Source of the DNA: a virus
Virus record (IMG/VR): IMGVR_UViG_3300032092_000021
Location: 11,392 to 75,391 of that record
Strand: one strand, 5' to 3'
Length of the DNA: 64,000 nucleotides
Shown here in pieces: positions 1-10,649 of the stretch (the stretch's first letter is position 1; every line of letters begins with the position of its first letter). The position numbers and the translations under genes are program-made. A model generated the notes under the pieces. It did no database searches. It was given only the letters and a program-made list of their open reading frames with translations, and was not told where the DNA came from.

Positions 1-28
1 GAAGCGCTTAATAAAAAACTTGAAAAAG

Positions 29-838
29 ATGCCAGTTAAATTTTTACCGCAAGAGCATAAATACGTTAGTATTGATCCTTCCGAAAATGTAAAGTGGACT
101 AGTGTTACAACTGTGATATCTAACTACAAAGAGCATTTTGATGCAGATATTATTGCTACAAAGTCTTCAAAGAATAAAAAAAGCAAGTGGTATGGTATGT
201 CTCCTAAAGAGATAAAAGATGCTTGGAAAAATGAGTCAGATAGAGCAATTAACCTAGGAACCTGGTACCATAATCAAAGGGAGTCTGATATATTAGGATG
301 CTCAACTATTAATAGAGACGGACTCGATCTTAAGATAGTAAAGTCTTTAGAGGTAGATGGTGTAAAAACAGCTCCTATTCAAAAGTTAGATAATGGTATT
401 TATCCTGAGCATTTTGTATATCTAAAATCAGCAGGTATCTGCGGACAATCCGATAGAGTAGAAATTGTAAACGGAAGAGTTGATATATATGATTACAAAA
501 CAAACAAGGAGATCAAAAAAGAATCGTACAAAAACTGGGAAGGAATATCTAAAAAAATGCTTCATCCAGTATCTCATCTTGATGATTGTAACTATAATCA
601 TTATGCTCTTCAACTTAGTCTATACCTGTATATGATTCTGAAGCATAACCCAAAACTAAAACCGGGTAAGCTGCTATTAGATCATGTAATATTTGAAGAT
701 GAAGGTGTTGACGATAAAGGTAATAAAATTCATAAATTAGATATAGAGGGTCGTCCTATTATTAAAAACATTGATAGACACGAACTACCTTATTTGAAGA
801 CTGAGGTTATTGCAATAATTAATCACATGAAAGAATGA
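29..838 (+). CDS. PD-(D/E)XK superfamily (RecB/Cas4-like) exonuclease
   Basis: Motifs GTWYH, ICGQSD, IYDYKT and YALQLSLY. ATG at 29 is preferred over TTG at 20; an upstream ORF ends at 39. Confidence 0.8.
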   Translation: MPVKFLPQEHKYVSIDPSENVKWTSVTTVISNYKEHFDADIIATKSSKNKKSKWYGMSPKEIKDAWKNESDRAINLGTWYHNQRESDILGCSTINRDGLDLKIVKSLEVDGVKTAPIQKLDNGIYPEHFVYLKSAGICGQSDRVEIVNGRVDIYDYKTNKEIKKESYKNWEGISKKMLHPVSHLDDCNYNHYALQLSLYLYMILKHNPKLKPGKLLLDHVIFEDEGVDDKGNKIHKLDIEGRPIIKNIDRHELPYLKTEVIAIINHMKE

Positions 839-1029
839 TTGTCCAATTAAATCCAATGATTCCTATAAAACGTGTAAAGGATGACATGGAAGGATATGCG
901 TTTCTTGTCATAGACTATAGTCAGGAGCACGATGTTTTATTTACATGTGCAATGGATGATGGGGAGATTTGGACACTGAGCAATAAAGAGATAAGATTTT
1001 GTAAGAATATAAGCTTAGATAGAAAATGA
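835..1029 (+). CDS. small conserved phage hypothetical protein
   Basis: 64-aa ORF with ATGA overlaps at both ends. Confidence 0.7.
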   Translation: MIVQLNPMIPIKRVKDDMEGYAFLVIDYSQEHDVLFTCAMDDGEIWTLSNKEIRFCKNISLDRK

Positions 1030-1544
1030 TTGTAAAGTTATTTGACATACAGAACGGAATAGTTATACCAACAGAACACTGCTATACTCTTACGACCTTA
1101 AAGAAAATAATGGATAATCACCCGGATGATTACCTTAAGATTTATCAGTATATATTTTATATGACATGTCCAAATCCAGATACAAATCCGTTCTTTAATT
1201 TATCTGAGGTAGACAAAGAAGAGATAATACTAACTGAAATAGATGCTGAGTTTTCTACCGATGATGCAGATATAATAGCAGCAATTAAGTTCTGCTGTGA
1301 TATGTATGAGACCCCCACGTCTAGAGCATACAGAGGTATCAAACAAATGCTAGATAAACTAGCAACTTACATGGAAAAAACTGAAATAACACACGGTAGA
1401 GATGGCAATATCAATTCACTCGTTAGCGCAGCAGCAAAGTTCCAACAAATCCGCGAGAGCTACAAAGGTGCCTACAAAGACCTCCAAGACGAACAAAAAA
1501 GTCAAGTCAGAGGGGGACAAGGACTTGCATACGACCAATTATAA
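1026..1544 (+). CDS. helical phage protein upstream of the packaging genes (possible small terminase subunit)
   Basis: 172 aa, coupled to its neighbours, coiled-coil C-terminus. Function inferred from position only. Confidence 0.45.
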   Translation: MIVKLFDIQNGIVIPTEHCYTLTTLKKIMDNHPDDYLKIYQYIFYMTCPNPDTNPFFNLSEVDKEEIILTEIDAEFSTDDADIIAAIKFCCDMYETPTSRAYRGIKQMLDKLATYMEKTEITHGRDGNINSLVSAAAKFQQIRESYKGAYKDLQDEQKSQVRGGQGLAYDQL

Positions 1545-1941
1545 AGGTAAGTTCTTTGTAATTGATGTAGAACTGTATAACTGCCAGTTTCTAGTTAGTA
1601 TAAATCAGGATAACGAAGATCTTGTCATATCTCTTATTGAAGCCCGTGTTTTATATTCTGCAGAAGATCCTGAATTAGGTTATTACATGGAGCACTTTGT
1701 AGGGATGGAAAAAAACCATCTTGCCAGAACAGTAAAACATGATAATGGAGTAATTAGCATTAAGATAAATAAGTTTGATAAGAATGACCCTAACAATATG
1801 GCGACCTTGGTTCATGAGTTATCACATGCTGTAATGTTTACCTTTGATAGAATAGGTACGCCACATAATGCAGACACTGATGAACCCTATAGTTACCTGC
1901 TAGGATTTTTAATGAAGAAGTTTTTTGAGAACGTGGGATAA
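1525..1941 (+). CDS. small zincin-like (HExxH) metallopeptidase-family protein
   Basis: LVHELSHAV followed by DEPYSYL. TTG at 1525 is in frame with the listed 1402 ORF and avoids a 143-nt overlap; the start is uncertain. Confidence 0.6.
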   Translation: MHTTNYKGKFFVIDVELYNCQFLVSINQDNEDLVISLIEARVLYSAEDPELGYYMEHFVGMEKNHLARTVKHDNGVISIKINKFDKNDPNNMATLVHELSHAVMFTFDRIGTPHNADTDEPYSYLLGFLMKKFFENVG

Positions 1942-1957
1942 CCCCTATCTTTATAGT

Positions 1958-2620
1958 ATGGCCAAGACAAACATCGAAAAGACACCCCCAAAAGGAGAGA
2001 TCAAGTTCTCAATTACTCTTTCAGAAGAGCAGAAAAAAGCTAAAGAACTGATTATCAGCACACCCTATAATTTTCTTATTGGATATGCTGGTAGTGGTAA
2101 GACTCTGGTTGCTGTACAGATAGCACTAGATCTTTACTTTAAGAGAAGAGTAAATAAAATTATTATAACCAGACCTACAGTTTCTACTGAAGATAACGGG
2201 TTTCTTCCTGGTTCTGAGAAGGAAAAAATGGAACCCTGGTTAGTTCCAATTAAGTCTAACATGAGAAAAGTCTATGACAAACCTGATATCCTAAACAGGA
2301 TGGAAGAGGAAGGTCAAATAGAACTTGTATCTCTTAGTCACTTTAGAGGAAGAACCTTTGAGAACGCTGTATGTATAATAGATGAGTTCCAGAACCTAAC
2401 TAAAGCACAATTACAAATGTGTGTAGGTAGATTAGGCAAGGGTTCTATTATGATATTTACAGGTGATTTGCAGCAGATTGACCTTAAGATAAAAAGCGAT
2501 TCTGCTATCCACGATATTCCTAAAATTGAAAAGTCAGGGTTTGTAAATAAGATAATTCTTACGGAGAACCATAGACATGAAGCTCTAAATGAGATACTTA
2601 AGTTGTTAAATGAGTACTGA
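1958..2620 (+). CDS. phoH: PhoH-family ATPase
   Basis: Walker A GYAGSGKT, ITRP, GFLPG, RGRTF, IIDEFQN, TGDLQQIDL. ATG at 1958. Confidence 0.92.
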   Translation: MAKTNIEKTPPKGEIKFSITLSEEQKKAKELIISTPYNFLIGYAGSGKTLVAVQIALDLYFKRRVNKIIITRPTVSTEDNGFLPGSEKEKMEPWLVPIKSNMRKVYDKPDILNRMEEEGQIELVSLSHFRGRTFENAVCIIDEFQNLTKAQLQMCVGRLGKGSIMIFTGDLQQIDLKIKSDSAIHDIPKIEKSGFVNKIILTENHRHEALNEILKLLNEY

Positions 2621-4826
2621 AATCTACGAACATATACCTACTTACAGCGATGGAGAATGGACCTACACAGACTTTGAAAGTAGAAAAGATTTCTATGAGT
2701 TCTGCTTGTCAATCTTTAAAGAACCTGGGGAATATGAATTTGATGAAGTATCTCAATTGTTTAATGAACAAGCACGACTGTTTAATAAAAACGGAATTTA
2801 TTGCACAGCACCATCTGGAACTAAAGACTTTATAAAATACTGGGATACAGAAAAAGAAAAGTGTAGAAAGGGTGTGATATATAAGTCAGGTACCAAAGCT
2901 TGGTACATTACCCGTGACTACTACATGTGGTTAAATTTTCTTCCCATCTTTAATAAGGAAACCCAGAAGTATGGATTTGCTGATGTAAGAGATGCACAGT
3001 ATCACATGGCATTATATGAGATACTTGCAGAACTTGACTATAAACACTGTGCTATTCTTAAGAAACGTCAGATTGCCAGCTCATATTTTCACTGTGGTAA
3101 ACTCATAAATCAAATCTGGTTTGAGGAAGGGGTTACCCTAAAGATGGGAGCTAGCCTCAAGGATTATATCAATGAAAAGGGTAGCTGGAAGTTCTTGAAT
3201 GAATACGAATCATTTTTAAATAAACATACAGCGTGGTACAGACCTATGAACCCCAACAAAACAATGTTCTGGCAACAGAAGATTGAGATATCAAACTTTG
3301 TTGGTGGACAGAAGAGAAAGACTGAGATAGGTCTAAAGGGTGTGATCCAAGCAATGTCTTTTGAGAAAAGTCCTACTACGGGTGTCGGTGGTCCTACTAA
3401 ATACTTCTTTCACGAAGAAGCTGGTATTGCACCGAAGATGAATCAGACCTACGAATACCTACGACCTGCACTTAGATCCGGTATGATTACTACTGGTACT
3501 TTTATAGCAGCTGGTTCTGTCGGTGACTTGAGTCAATGTGATCCTCTTAAGAAACTGATTCTGCACCCTGAAGCAAATGACATATACGCTGTACCATCTA
3601 CATTAATTGATAATAAAGGCACTATTGGTACCACCGGACTATTTATCCCAGAACAATGGTCAATGCCACCATATGTAGATAAGTTTGGTAATTCTCAGGT
3701 AAAAGAATCATTAGAAGCTCTTGATGAGTTATTTGCTAAATGGAAAAAAGAACTGGATCCTCAGGAATACCAACTTCGCATATCTCAGCACCCAAGAAAT
3801 GTAAAAGAAGCATTTGACTTTAGAACTTTGTCTTTATTCCCTGCACATTTGGTCACAGGTCAAATGCATAGAATAGATGATAAAGAATATCCTTACGAGT
3901 TTCTGGATATTTACAAAAACATACAGGGTGGGATTGAGGTGCAGACTACCAGCAAGTTACCTATTATGGAATTCCCGGTTACTAAAAACACCGAGGACAA
4001 AACAGGTACATTAGTAGTATGGGAAAGACCTGTAAAAGATCCAGAGTTTGGTATGTACTATGCTTCCATTGACCCTGTGTCAGAAGGTAAGACAACTACC
4101 TCGGAATCACTATGTTCCATTTATATTTATAAAAATCCAGTAGAAGTAACTAAAAACAATGGCTCTGAGATACAGACATATATTGAAAGAGACAAAATTG
4201 TAGCTGCTTGGTGTGGTCGTTTTGATGATATTAAAAAGACTCACGAAAGACTTGAATTAATTATAGAGTGGTATAACGCATGGACAATAGTGGAAAATAA
4301 TATTCCGCAGTTTATTACTTACATGATTGATAGGAAAAAGCAGCGTTATCTGGTACCCAGAAGTCAGATATTATTCTTAAAAGACATTGGTGCAAACGCT
4401 AGTGTTTATCAAGAATACGGATGGAGAAATACAGGTACTCTATTTAAGAGTCACATGATTAGTTACGCTATTGATTTTTTAACTGAGGAACTAGATCAGG
4501 AAGTTACATCAGAAGGTAAAATTGTAAAGACCACTTACGGTATAGAAAGGATACCAGATCCTATGCTTTTAAAAGAAATGATGGAGTATAGAGATGGTGT
4601 AAACGTCGATAGATTAGTATCATTTGCTGCATTAATAGCTTTTGCTAAAGTCCAACAAGCAAACAGGGGATATAAAAAGAGATACGAAGAGACCGAGAAT
4701 GTAAAAAAGTTGGATAATAATGATAAATTCAGTAAATTAATTAGGAGCCCGTTTCGTCATATTGGCGGATCTGGTAATACTTTTGGCATGAGGGTTCCTA
4801 AACAACCGTTCAGAAATTTAAGATAA
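2610..4826 (+). CDS. terL: terminase large subunit
   Basis: Walker A variant LKKRQIASS, Walker B YFFHEEAG, nuclease motifs SIDP, VENN and DRLVS. Lies directly upstream of the portal. Confidence 0.88.
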   Translation: MSTEIYEHIPTYSDGEWTYTDFESRKDFYEFCLSIFKEPGEYEFDEVSQLFNEQARLFNKNGIYCTAPSGTKDFIKYWDTEKEKCRKGVIYKSGTKAWYITRDYYMWLNFLPIFNKETQKYGFADVRDAQYHMALYEILAELDYKHCAILKKRQIASSYFHCGKLINQIWFEEGVTLKMGASLKDYINEKGSWKFLNEYESFLNKHTAWYRPMNPNKTMFWQQKIEISNFVGGQKRKTEIGLKGVIQAMSFEKSPTTGVGGPTKYFFHEEAGIAPKMNQTYEYLRPALRSGMITTGTFIAAGSVGDLSQCDPLKKLILHPEANDIYAVPSTLIDNKGTIGTTGLFIPEQWSMPPYVDKFGNSQVKESLEALDELFAKWKKELDPQEYQLRISQHPRNVKEAFDFRTLSLFPAHLVTGQMHRIDDKEYPYEFLDIYKNIQGGIEVQTTSKLPIMEFPVTKNTEDKTGTLVVWERPVKDPEFGMYYASIDPVSEGKTTTSESLCSIYIYKNPVEVTKNNGSEIQTYIERDKIVAAWCGRFDDIKKTHERLELIIEWYNAWTIVENNIPQFITYMIDRKKQRYLVPRSQILFLKDIGANASVYQEYGWRNTGTLFKSHMISYAIDFLTEELDQEVTSEGKIVKTTYGIERIPDPMLLKEMMEYRDGVNVDRLVSFAALIAFAKVQQANRGYKKRYEETENVKKLDNNDKFSKLIRSPFRHIGGSGNTFGMRVPKQPFRNLR

Positions 4827-4827
4827 T

Positions 4828-7590
4828 ATGCAAGTATATAACGCCCTACAAACTAAAGCAGGTGCTAAGACAGAGTACAACAAAATGGGTACTCTTAATC
4901 AGCCTATACAATTTTTACCTAGATCAAAAAAAGATGAAGATTGGGCAGCATGGTGTCTAGACTGGTTGGAGTGGCAAGGGTTGAAGATGGTGCGCAGAAA
5001 TGCACGTCGTCTTATGAAGAACTACAAACTTGCAAAAGGACTTATTGATAGAACTGACTATGTAATTGAAGAGGATAATGAATACGCAGATTTAATTGAT
5101 ACCCTAACTAAAGAGGATACATCTGCACTAGAATTAAAATTCTACCCTATTATTCCTAATGTAATTAATACCCTTACTTCTGAGTTTTCTAAAAGAGTCA
5201 CTAGAGTAACTTATGGTGCTGTAGACGAATACTCCTACAATGAAATGTTGGAGCAAAAGAAAGCAGAGGTAGAACAGTTATTGGTTAGCGATGCTAGACG
5301 TAAGGTAACTGAAAGAATGATTATGATGGGCGCAGACCCAGAGAGTCCTGAGTTTCAGGAACAAGTTTCTCCGGAAGCATTAAAAAGTCTACCTGAAATT
5401 GAATCTTTTTACCAGAAAGATTACCGTTCAATGATTGAACAGTGGGCAGAACATCAGCATAGGGTTGATACAGAAAGATTCTATATGGATGAATTAGAAG
5501 AACGTGGTTTTCGCGATCTTCTGATTGCTGATAGAGAATTCTGGCACTTTAAGATGATGGAGGATGACTATGAGGTAGAACTCTGGAATCCCGTACTTAC
5601 ATTCTATCAAAAAGCTCCTGAGACTAGATATATTTCCGATGGTAACTGGGTTGGTAAATATGATATGATGACTGTTGCTGATGTCATTGACAAGTATGGT
5701 TGGTTGATGACAGATAAACAAATGGAAGCAATAGAACTTATCTACCCGGTAAGATCTGCTGGTTATCCTATTCAGGGTTATCAGAATGATGGTAGTTACT
5801 ATGATGGTACTAAATCACATGCATGGAATACTAACATGCCATCGCTTGGTTATAGACAGTTCACTTCTATGTGGGATAGTGCTCAATACGGAGGTGATAT
5901 TGTAAACTGGATTATGATGGAGAATGAAGACTACCTAGACATGGGTATGTCTAACCTTCTTCGTGTTACTACAATATATTGGAAGTCACAAAGACGTGTA
6001 GGACATCTTACTAAGATTACATTATCTGGCGATGTTGTTACGGAGATTGTTGATGAAGACTATGTAATTACTGATAAACCTGAGTACAACACATCACTTA
6101 TAAAGAATAAGACTAAGCATACACTTGTATTTGGTGAGCATATTGACTGGATTTGGATTAACCAAGTATGGGGTGGTGTAAAGATTGGTCCAAACAGACC
6201 TACATTCTGGGGTACAAATAATCCTGGAGGTATTACTCCTATCTACTTAGGTGTAAATCAGAATCACATTGGACCACTTAAGTTCCAATTTAAAGGTGAT
6301 AATTCACTCTATGGTTGTAAGCTTCCTGTAGAAGGTTCAGTATTCTCTGATAGAAATACTTACTCAAGGTCTCTTGTTGACCTTATGAAACCTTTTCAGA
6401 TTGCTTACAATATTGTAAATAACCAGATTGCTGACATCCTAGTAGACGAATTGGGTACAGTAATTATGCTTGACCAGAACTCTTTACCAAGACACTCACT
6501 AGGAGAAGATTGGGGAAAGGGTAACTTTGCTAAAGCATATGTAGCAATGAAGAACTTCCAGATGTTACCTCTGGATACATCTATTACTAATACTGAGAAT
6601 GCTCTAAACTTTAACCATTTCCAGAAACTGGATATGTCACAGACTGAGCGTTTGATGTCCAGGATTCAATTAGCGCAGTACTTTAAACAGCAAGCATTTG
6701 AGGTAATTGGTATTACCCCACAGCGCTTAGGTCAAGAGATATCAAGACAAACTGCTACCGGTATAGAGCAATCTATCAACGCTAGTTACGCACAGACTGA
6801 ATCTTATTTTATTCAGCACTGTGACTACTTGATGCCTAGAGTACACCAGATGCGTACAGACTTGTCTCAGCATTATCAGTCTACAAAACCATCAGCAAGA
6901 CTTAATTATATAACCTCTCTTGATGAAAGAAAAAACTTTGAGATAAATGGTACTGATTTCTTGCTCCGCGATATTAATGTGTTTGCTACTACTAAAGCCA
7001 ACCAGAGAGCTATTCTTGAGCAGCTTAAGCAGCTTTCTCTTAACAATAACACTGCTGGTGCTAGTATCTATGATTTGGGTAATATTCTTAAGTCTGATTC
7101 TATTTCTGAAGTTACGCACATCCTCAAACAAACGGAGAAGAAAGCAGACCAAATAAGACAACAGGATATGCAGCAACAGCAACAGATGCAGGAACAAATG
7201 ATTCAAGCTAAGCAGCAAGAAGAGCAGCTTAAGAGAGAGTTTGAAGCATCTGAGAAAGATAAAGACAGACAGGCTGAAATTATAGTAGCTCAAATAAGAT
7301 CTGCAGGATATGGAGCTATGATGGACATCAATGAGAATAAGCAGTCTGATTACATGGATGCAATGGATCAAATTCAGAAGTCTGAAAACTACCAGAGCAC
7401 TATGGATCTTAATCGTGAGAAGGAAGCAAACAAGATGATGCAGTCTAGAGAGAAGTTGAACATTGAAAGAGAGAAAATAAATGCTCAGAGAGAAATAGCA
7501 AACACTCAGTTGCGGATAGCTCAAGAGAATAAGAACAGGTTTGATGCACCTAACAAAACTGAACAAAAGGACAAAAAGAAGAAGAAGTAG
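4828..7590 (+). CDS. portal protein (crAss-like)
   Basis: 920 aa between terminase and capsid genes. FYPIIPNVIN, SLVDLMKPFQ and GITPQRLG motifs; Gln-rich coiled-coil C-terminus. Confidence 0.85.
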   Translation: MQVYNALQTKAGAKTEYNKMGTLNQPIQFLPRSKKDEDWAAWCLDWLEWQGLKMVRRNARRLMKNYKLAKGLIDRTDYVIEEDNEYADLIDTLTKEDTSALELKFYPIIPNVINTLTSEFSKRVTRVTYGAVDEYSYNEMLEQKKAEVEQLLVSDARRKVTERMIMMGADPESPEFQEQVSPEALKSLPEIESFYQKDYRSMIEQWAEHQHRVDTERFYMDELEERGFRDLLIADREFWHFKMMEDDYEVELWNPVLTFYQKAPETRYISDGNWVGKYDMMTVADVIDKYGWLMTDKQMEAIELIYPVRSAGYPIQGYQNDGSYYDGTKSHAWNTNMPSLGYRQFTSMWDSAQYGGDIVNWIMMENEDYLDMGMSNLLRVTTIYWKSQRRVGHLTKITLSGDVVTEIVDEDYVITDKPEYNTSLIKNKTKHTLVFGEHIDWIWINQVWGGVKIGPNRPTFWGTNNPGGITPIYLGVNQNHIGPLKFQFKGDNSLYGCKLPVEGSVFSDRNTYSRSLVDLMKPFQIAYNIVNNQIADILVDELGTVIMLDQNSLPRHSLGEDWGKGNFAKAYVAMKNFQMLPLDTSITNTENALNFNHFQKLDMSQTERLMSRIQLAQYFKQQAFEVIGITPQRLGQEISRQTATGIEQSINASYAQTESYFIQHCDYLMPRVHQMRTDLSQHYQSTKPSARLNYITSLDERKNFEINGTDFLLRDINVFATTKANQRAILEQLKQLSLNNNTAGASIYDLGNILKSDSISEVTHILKQTEKKADQIRQQDMQQQQQMQEQMIQAKQQEEQLKREFEASEKDKDRQAEIIVAQIRSAGYGAMMDINENKQSDYMDAMDQIQKSENYQSTMDLNREKEANKMMQSREKLNIEREKINAQREIANTQLRIAQENKNRFDAPNKTEQKDKKKKK

Positions 7591-7644
7591 CTATATTCTC
7601 CGTTTTATTTACATAAAGCAAAAAATTTTTAAAGTTTAGGTGTA

Positions 7645-7652
7645 TATATTTG
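7645..7652 (+). promoter_or_regulatory. Bacteroidota -7 promoter box (TAnnTTTG) upstream of the scaffold/MCP genes
   Basis: TATATTTG in the intergenic gap. The same consensus occurs in gaps at 10618, 29038 and 41672. No clear -33 box. Confidence 0.4.
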
Positions 7653-7694
7653 TTTATATTATTAGTGTAGATTTTAATTAAACCAACAAAAAAT

Positions 7695-8918
7695 ATGAGT
7701 AACACACAAGATAATACCGTTGTTGAGCAGGTTGATTTAGACCTGGACAACATCCTTGGTATGCCCGGAGCTGAAAGCATAATGCTTCCTGAAGAAAAGA
7801 AACCTAATGTATTTTCTGCAGGTAAACCCGATCTTTCTTTTATGGAAAAATCAGAAGACAAAGACGCTTCTGGTGAAAGTAAAGAAGAGGGTGCTGAAAA
7901 GTTTACAGATGTACTCAAAGATTTAGATCCTGAAGATGCTTCTTTAGGAAAGCAATTTGACGAAGAGGATACTAAAAAAGCTCCTGGACGTGCTAAGATT
8001 GCTAAAGATGGTACAGTAGAGTTAGTAAAGAAGTTAATTGACGCAGGTCAAATAATTCCTTTTGATGACGAAAAGTCTATCGAAGACTACTCTATAAATG
8101 ATTTTGAAGAACTGCTTCAAGCAAATTTTGAAGAGAGAGAAAACAAAATTCGTCAAAGTACCCCAGCAGAGTTTTTTGAATCTCTTCCTGAAGAGCTCCA
8201 GGTAGCTGCTAAATATGTAGCTGATGGGGGTCAAGATTTAAAAGGATTGTTCAGAGTTCTTTCTCATGTAGAAGAAACATTTGAACTCAATCCTGCAGAA
8301 CCTAACCATCAGGAAAGAATTGTAAGAGAGTATCTTACAGCTACAAACTTCGGTACTTCTGAAGAAATTGAAGAAGAGATCGATAGTTGGAAAGATAGAG
8401 ATGAACTAGAATCTAAAGCTAATAAGTTCAAACCAAAGTTGGACGCTATGCAAGCTAAAGTAGTTCAACAAAAGCTTGCACAACAAGAGCAAATGAAAAG
8501 ACAACAAGCTGCACAAGCACAAGCTTATATGCAGAATGTATATAACACAATTGCTCCTGGTGAACTTAATGGTTTGAAACTAGATCGCAAAACACAAGAA
8601 ATGTTGTATGGCGGTTTGGTTCAACCATCCTATCCTAGTATTAGTGGTAGACCTACTAATTTGCTGGGACACCTTCTAGAAAAATACCAATACGTAGAAC
8701 CAGATCATTCTCTTATTGCTGAAGCTCTTTGGTTACTAGCTGATCCTCAATCTTATAAGAGTAAGATTATGGATCAAGCTCAGAAAGTGCAGGTTGAAAA
8801 AACAGCACGTATGCTAAAGACAGAAGAAGCACGCAGAACTACAGGTTCACCTATTGTAGAAAAAGAAGAAGTAAAGCAGAGAACGATTAAACGTAACAAT
8901 AACTTTTTTAAACGCTAA
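7695..8918 (+). CDS. putative capsid scaffolding protein
   Basis: Acidic low-complexity N-terminus, helical core and basic C-terminal tip; located between portal and MCP. Confidence 0.6.
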   Translation: MSNTQDNTVVEQVDLDLDNILGMPGAESIMLPEEKKPNVFSAGKPDLSFMEKSEDKDASGESKEEGAEKFTDVLKDLDPEDASLGKQFDEEDTKKAPGRAKIAKDGTVELVKKLIDAGQIIPFDDEKSIEDYSINDFEELLQANFEERENKIRQSTPAEFFESLPEELQVAAKYVADGGQDLKGLFRVLSHVEETFELNPAEPNHQERIVREYLTATNFGTSEEIEEEIDSWKDRDELESKANKFKPKLDAMQAKVVQQKLAQQEQMKRQQAAQAQAYMQNVYNTIAPGELNGLKLDRKTQEMLYGGLVQPSYPSISGRPTNLLGHLLEKYQYVEPDHSLIAEALWLLADPQSYKSKIMDQAQKVQVEKTARMLKTEEARRTTGSPIVEKEEVKQRTIKRNNNFFKR

Positions 8919-8947
8919 TTAATTAACCTTTTATAATTTAAGTTAAA

Positions 8948-10576
8948 ATGGCAACTCCAGTTTTAAATAATGGTATATTTCTACGAGATACCAACTACGC
9001 AGCTAGTTCACACGTAGATTCATACCACTTAGTTAACATGTTGAAGAATGCAGAACCAATGGACATGGGTCCAGTGGATCTGTGGGCAATGGCACAAAAA
9101 GTCGAAATGCCTCTTTACCAAATGTCTAGCTTTGGTGGTAAGAATGTAATCATGGTTGATAATGCAAGAGGTGAGTACAAGTGGCAGACTCCAGTTGTAC
9201 AAGATCTTCCTTATGTTATCGAAGACATTGAACCAAGCAATACTGTTAAAGGTATTGATGGCAGTACCTTTAAAATTAAACTTTCACGTCGTGAGTTCGG
9301 TCATGGTGATATCATCACTTATGACAAGTACAACGGTGTGGAAATGTACATTGTTCCTGATCAGGATATTCTTCCAATGGGTGATGGTTTTATTTACACA
9401 GTACAACTTGTAAATAACGACAACACTAAGTTTTTGGATAACAAGTATCTTGCATCTGGTACTAAAGTATTCCGTAAGGGTTCTGCTCGCGGAGAGTACG
9501 GTGAGAGATTCTCTGATATTCAGATCCAGTCTGGCTTCCGTGAATTCTACAACTTTGTAGGTGGAGCTGAAGCACACGTACACTATTCTGTTTCATCTCG
9601 CGCTGATCTTATGATCAAAGGTGGTATGAATGCAGATGGTACTGTACCTGTAACTGAAATCTGGAGAAACTTTGACCAGAACATGGATCCTTCTATCACT
9701 AACCTTGAGAACATGGTTAGTCGTATGGGTAAGGAGTATGTTAAAAAGGCAATGTCAAATGGTAACCTTTCTCGTACCTTCTTGACCACAATGGAAGCAG
9801 CTCACTTGAGCAAAGTTGCAAGTGACATTGAAACCTACTTGATGTGGGGACAAGGTGGTAGAGTTCGTCAGGATGGTCCAGATGATGTAAGATTGTCTGT
9901 GGGTCTTTGGAGACAGCTTGACAACTCATTCAAGCGTGTATACAACAAGTCAGGTTTCAACCTCGATTTGTTCCGTTCTGAAATCTACAACTTCTATGCT
10001 GGTAAGGTTGAGTTCAAGGGTCCAGATCCTAAGCGTCAACTTATTGTACAAACCGGTATGGGTGGTATGAGAATGGTTAACGAAGCTATCAAGAAAGAGG
10101 CAGTTAACTCAGGTTTGGTTATCCAAGCTGCTGACAATGCTGGTATCGGTGCTATCACTGGTAAGGGCATGGATCTCGGATTTGGTTTCGCATACACTTC
10201 TTACGTTATCCCATTCTTGGCAAACGTGAAGTTTGTATTGAACCCTGCTTTCGATAACATCCACACTAACGACATTGAAAACCCAATCATCGATGGTTTC
10301 CCATTGTCTTCTTACAACTTCATCATCTTTGATATCACTGACAACACTAACGACAATATCTTCTTGTTGAAGTTGTCTTGGGATAACCAATTGAAGTGGT
10401 GGTACCAAAACGGTACAATGGACTACATGGGTCGTACCCAAGGATTCCAGTCTTCTGGACAGTTCAATGGATACCGTGTATATATGACACAAACAATGCC
10501 TGCGATTTGGGTAAAAGACCCAACCAAGGTATTGAAGATCGTTATGAGAAACCCTGTAACCGGTGGATCATTCTAA
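8948..10576 (+). CDS. major capsid protein (crAss-like HK97 fold)
   Basis: 542 aa following portal and scaffold. Strongly biased codon use (TTC, AAC, ATC, GGT) and a terminator immediately downstream. Confidence 0.85.
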   Translation: MATPVLNNGIFLRDTNYAASSHVDSYHLVNMLKNAEPMDMGPVDLWAMAQKVEMPLYQMSSFGGKNVIMVDNARGEYKWQTPVVQDLPYVIEDIEPSNTVKGIDGSTFKIKLSRREFGHGDIITYDKYNGVEMYIVPDQDILPMGDGFIYTVQLVNNDNTKFLDNKYLASGTKVFRKGSARGEYGERFSDIQIQSGFREFYNFVGGAEAHVHYSVSSRADLMIKGGMNADGTVPVTEIWRNFDQNMDPSITNLENMVSRMGKEYVKKAMSNGNLSRTFLTTMEAAHLSKVASDIETYLMWGQGGRVRQDGPDDVRLSVGLWRQLDNSFKRVYNKSGFNLDLFRSEIYNFYAGKVEFKGPDPKRQLIVQTGMGGMRMVNEAIKKEAVNSGLVIQAADNAGIGAITGKGMDLGFGFAYTSYVIPFLANVKFVLNPAFDNIHTNDIENPIIDGFPLSSYNFIIFDITDNTNDNIFLLKLSWDNQLKWWYQNGTMDYMGRTQGFQSSGQFNGYRVYMTQTMPAIWVKDPTKVLKIVMRNPVTGGSF

Positions 10577-10589
10577 TGATTTTAACTAT

Positions 10590-10618
10590 AAAAGGGGGAG
10601 GGAAACCTCCCCTCTTTT
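10590..10618 (+). terminator. rho-independent terminator after MCP
   Basis: GGGGAGG-GAAA-CCTCCCC stem-loop followed by TCTTTT and preceded by an A-tract. Confidence 0.85.
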
Positions 10619-10649
10619 ATATTTGTAAAACCTTTTAACTTTTAAAACA

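Noticed and set aside
1402-1524. N-terminal extension of the HExxH ORF as a true overlapping gene segment
   Set aside because: It overlaps the upstream gene by 143 nt and reads as shadow sequence; a start near 1525 is more parsimonious.
6892-7918. Minus-strand ORFs (e.g. 6892-7566, 7550-7918, 15123-15803 and all listed ORFs beyond 56137)
   Set aside because: They are antisense shadows of well-supported + strand genes and have no recognisable motifs.
2610-10576. Introns or inteins in terminase, portal or MCP
   Set aside because: ORFs are uninterrupted and of ordinary size; no LAGLIDADG, HNH or intein splice motifs noticed.
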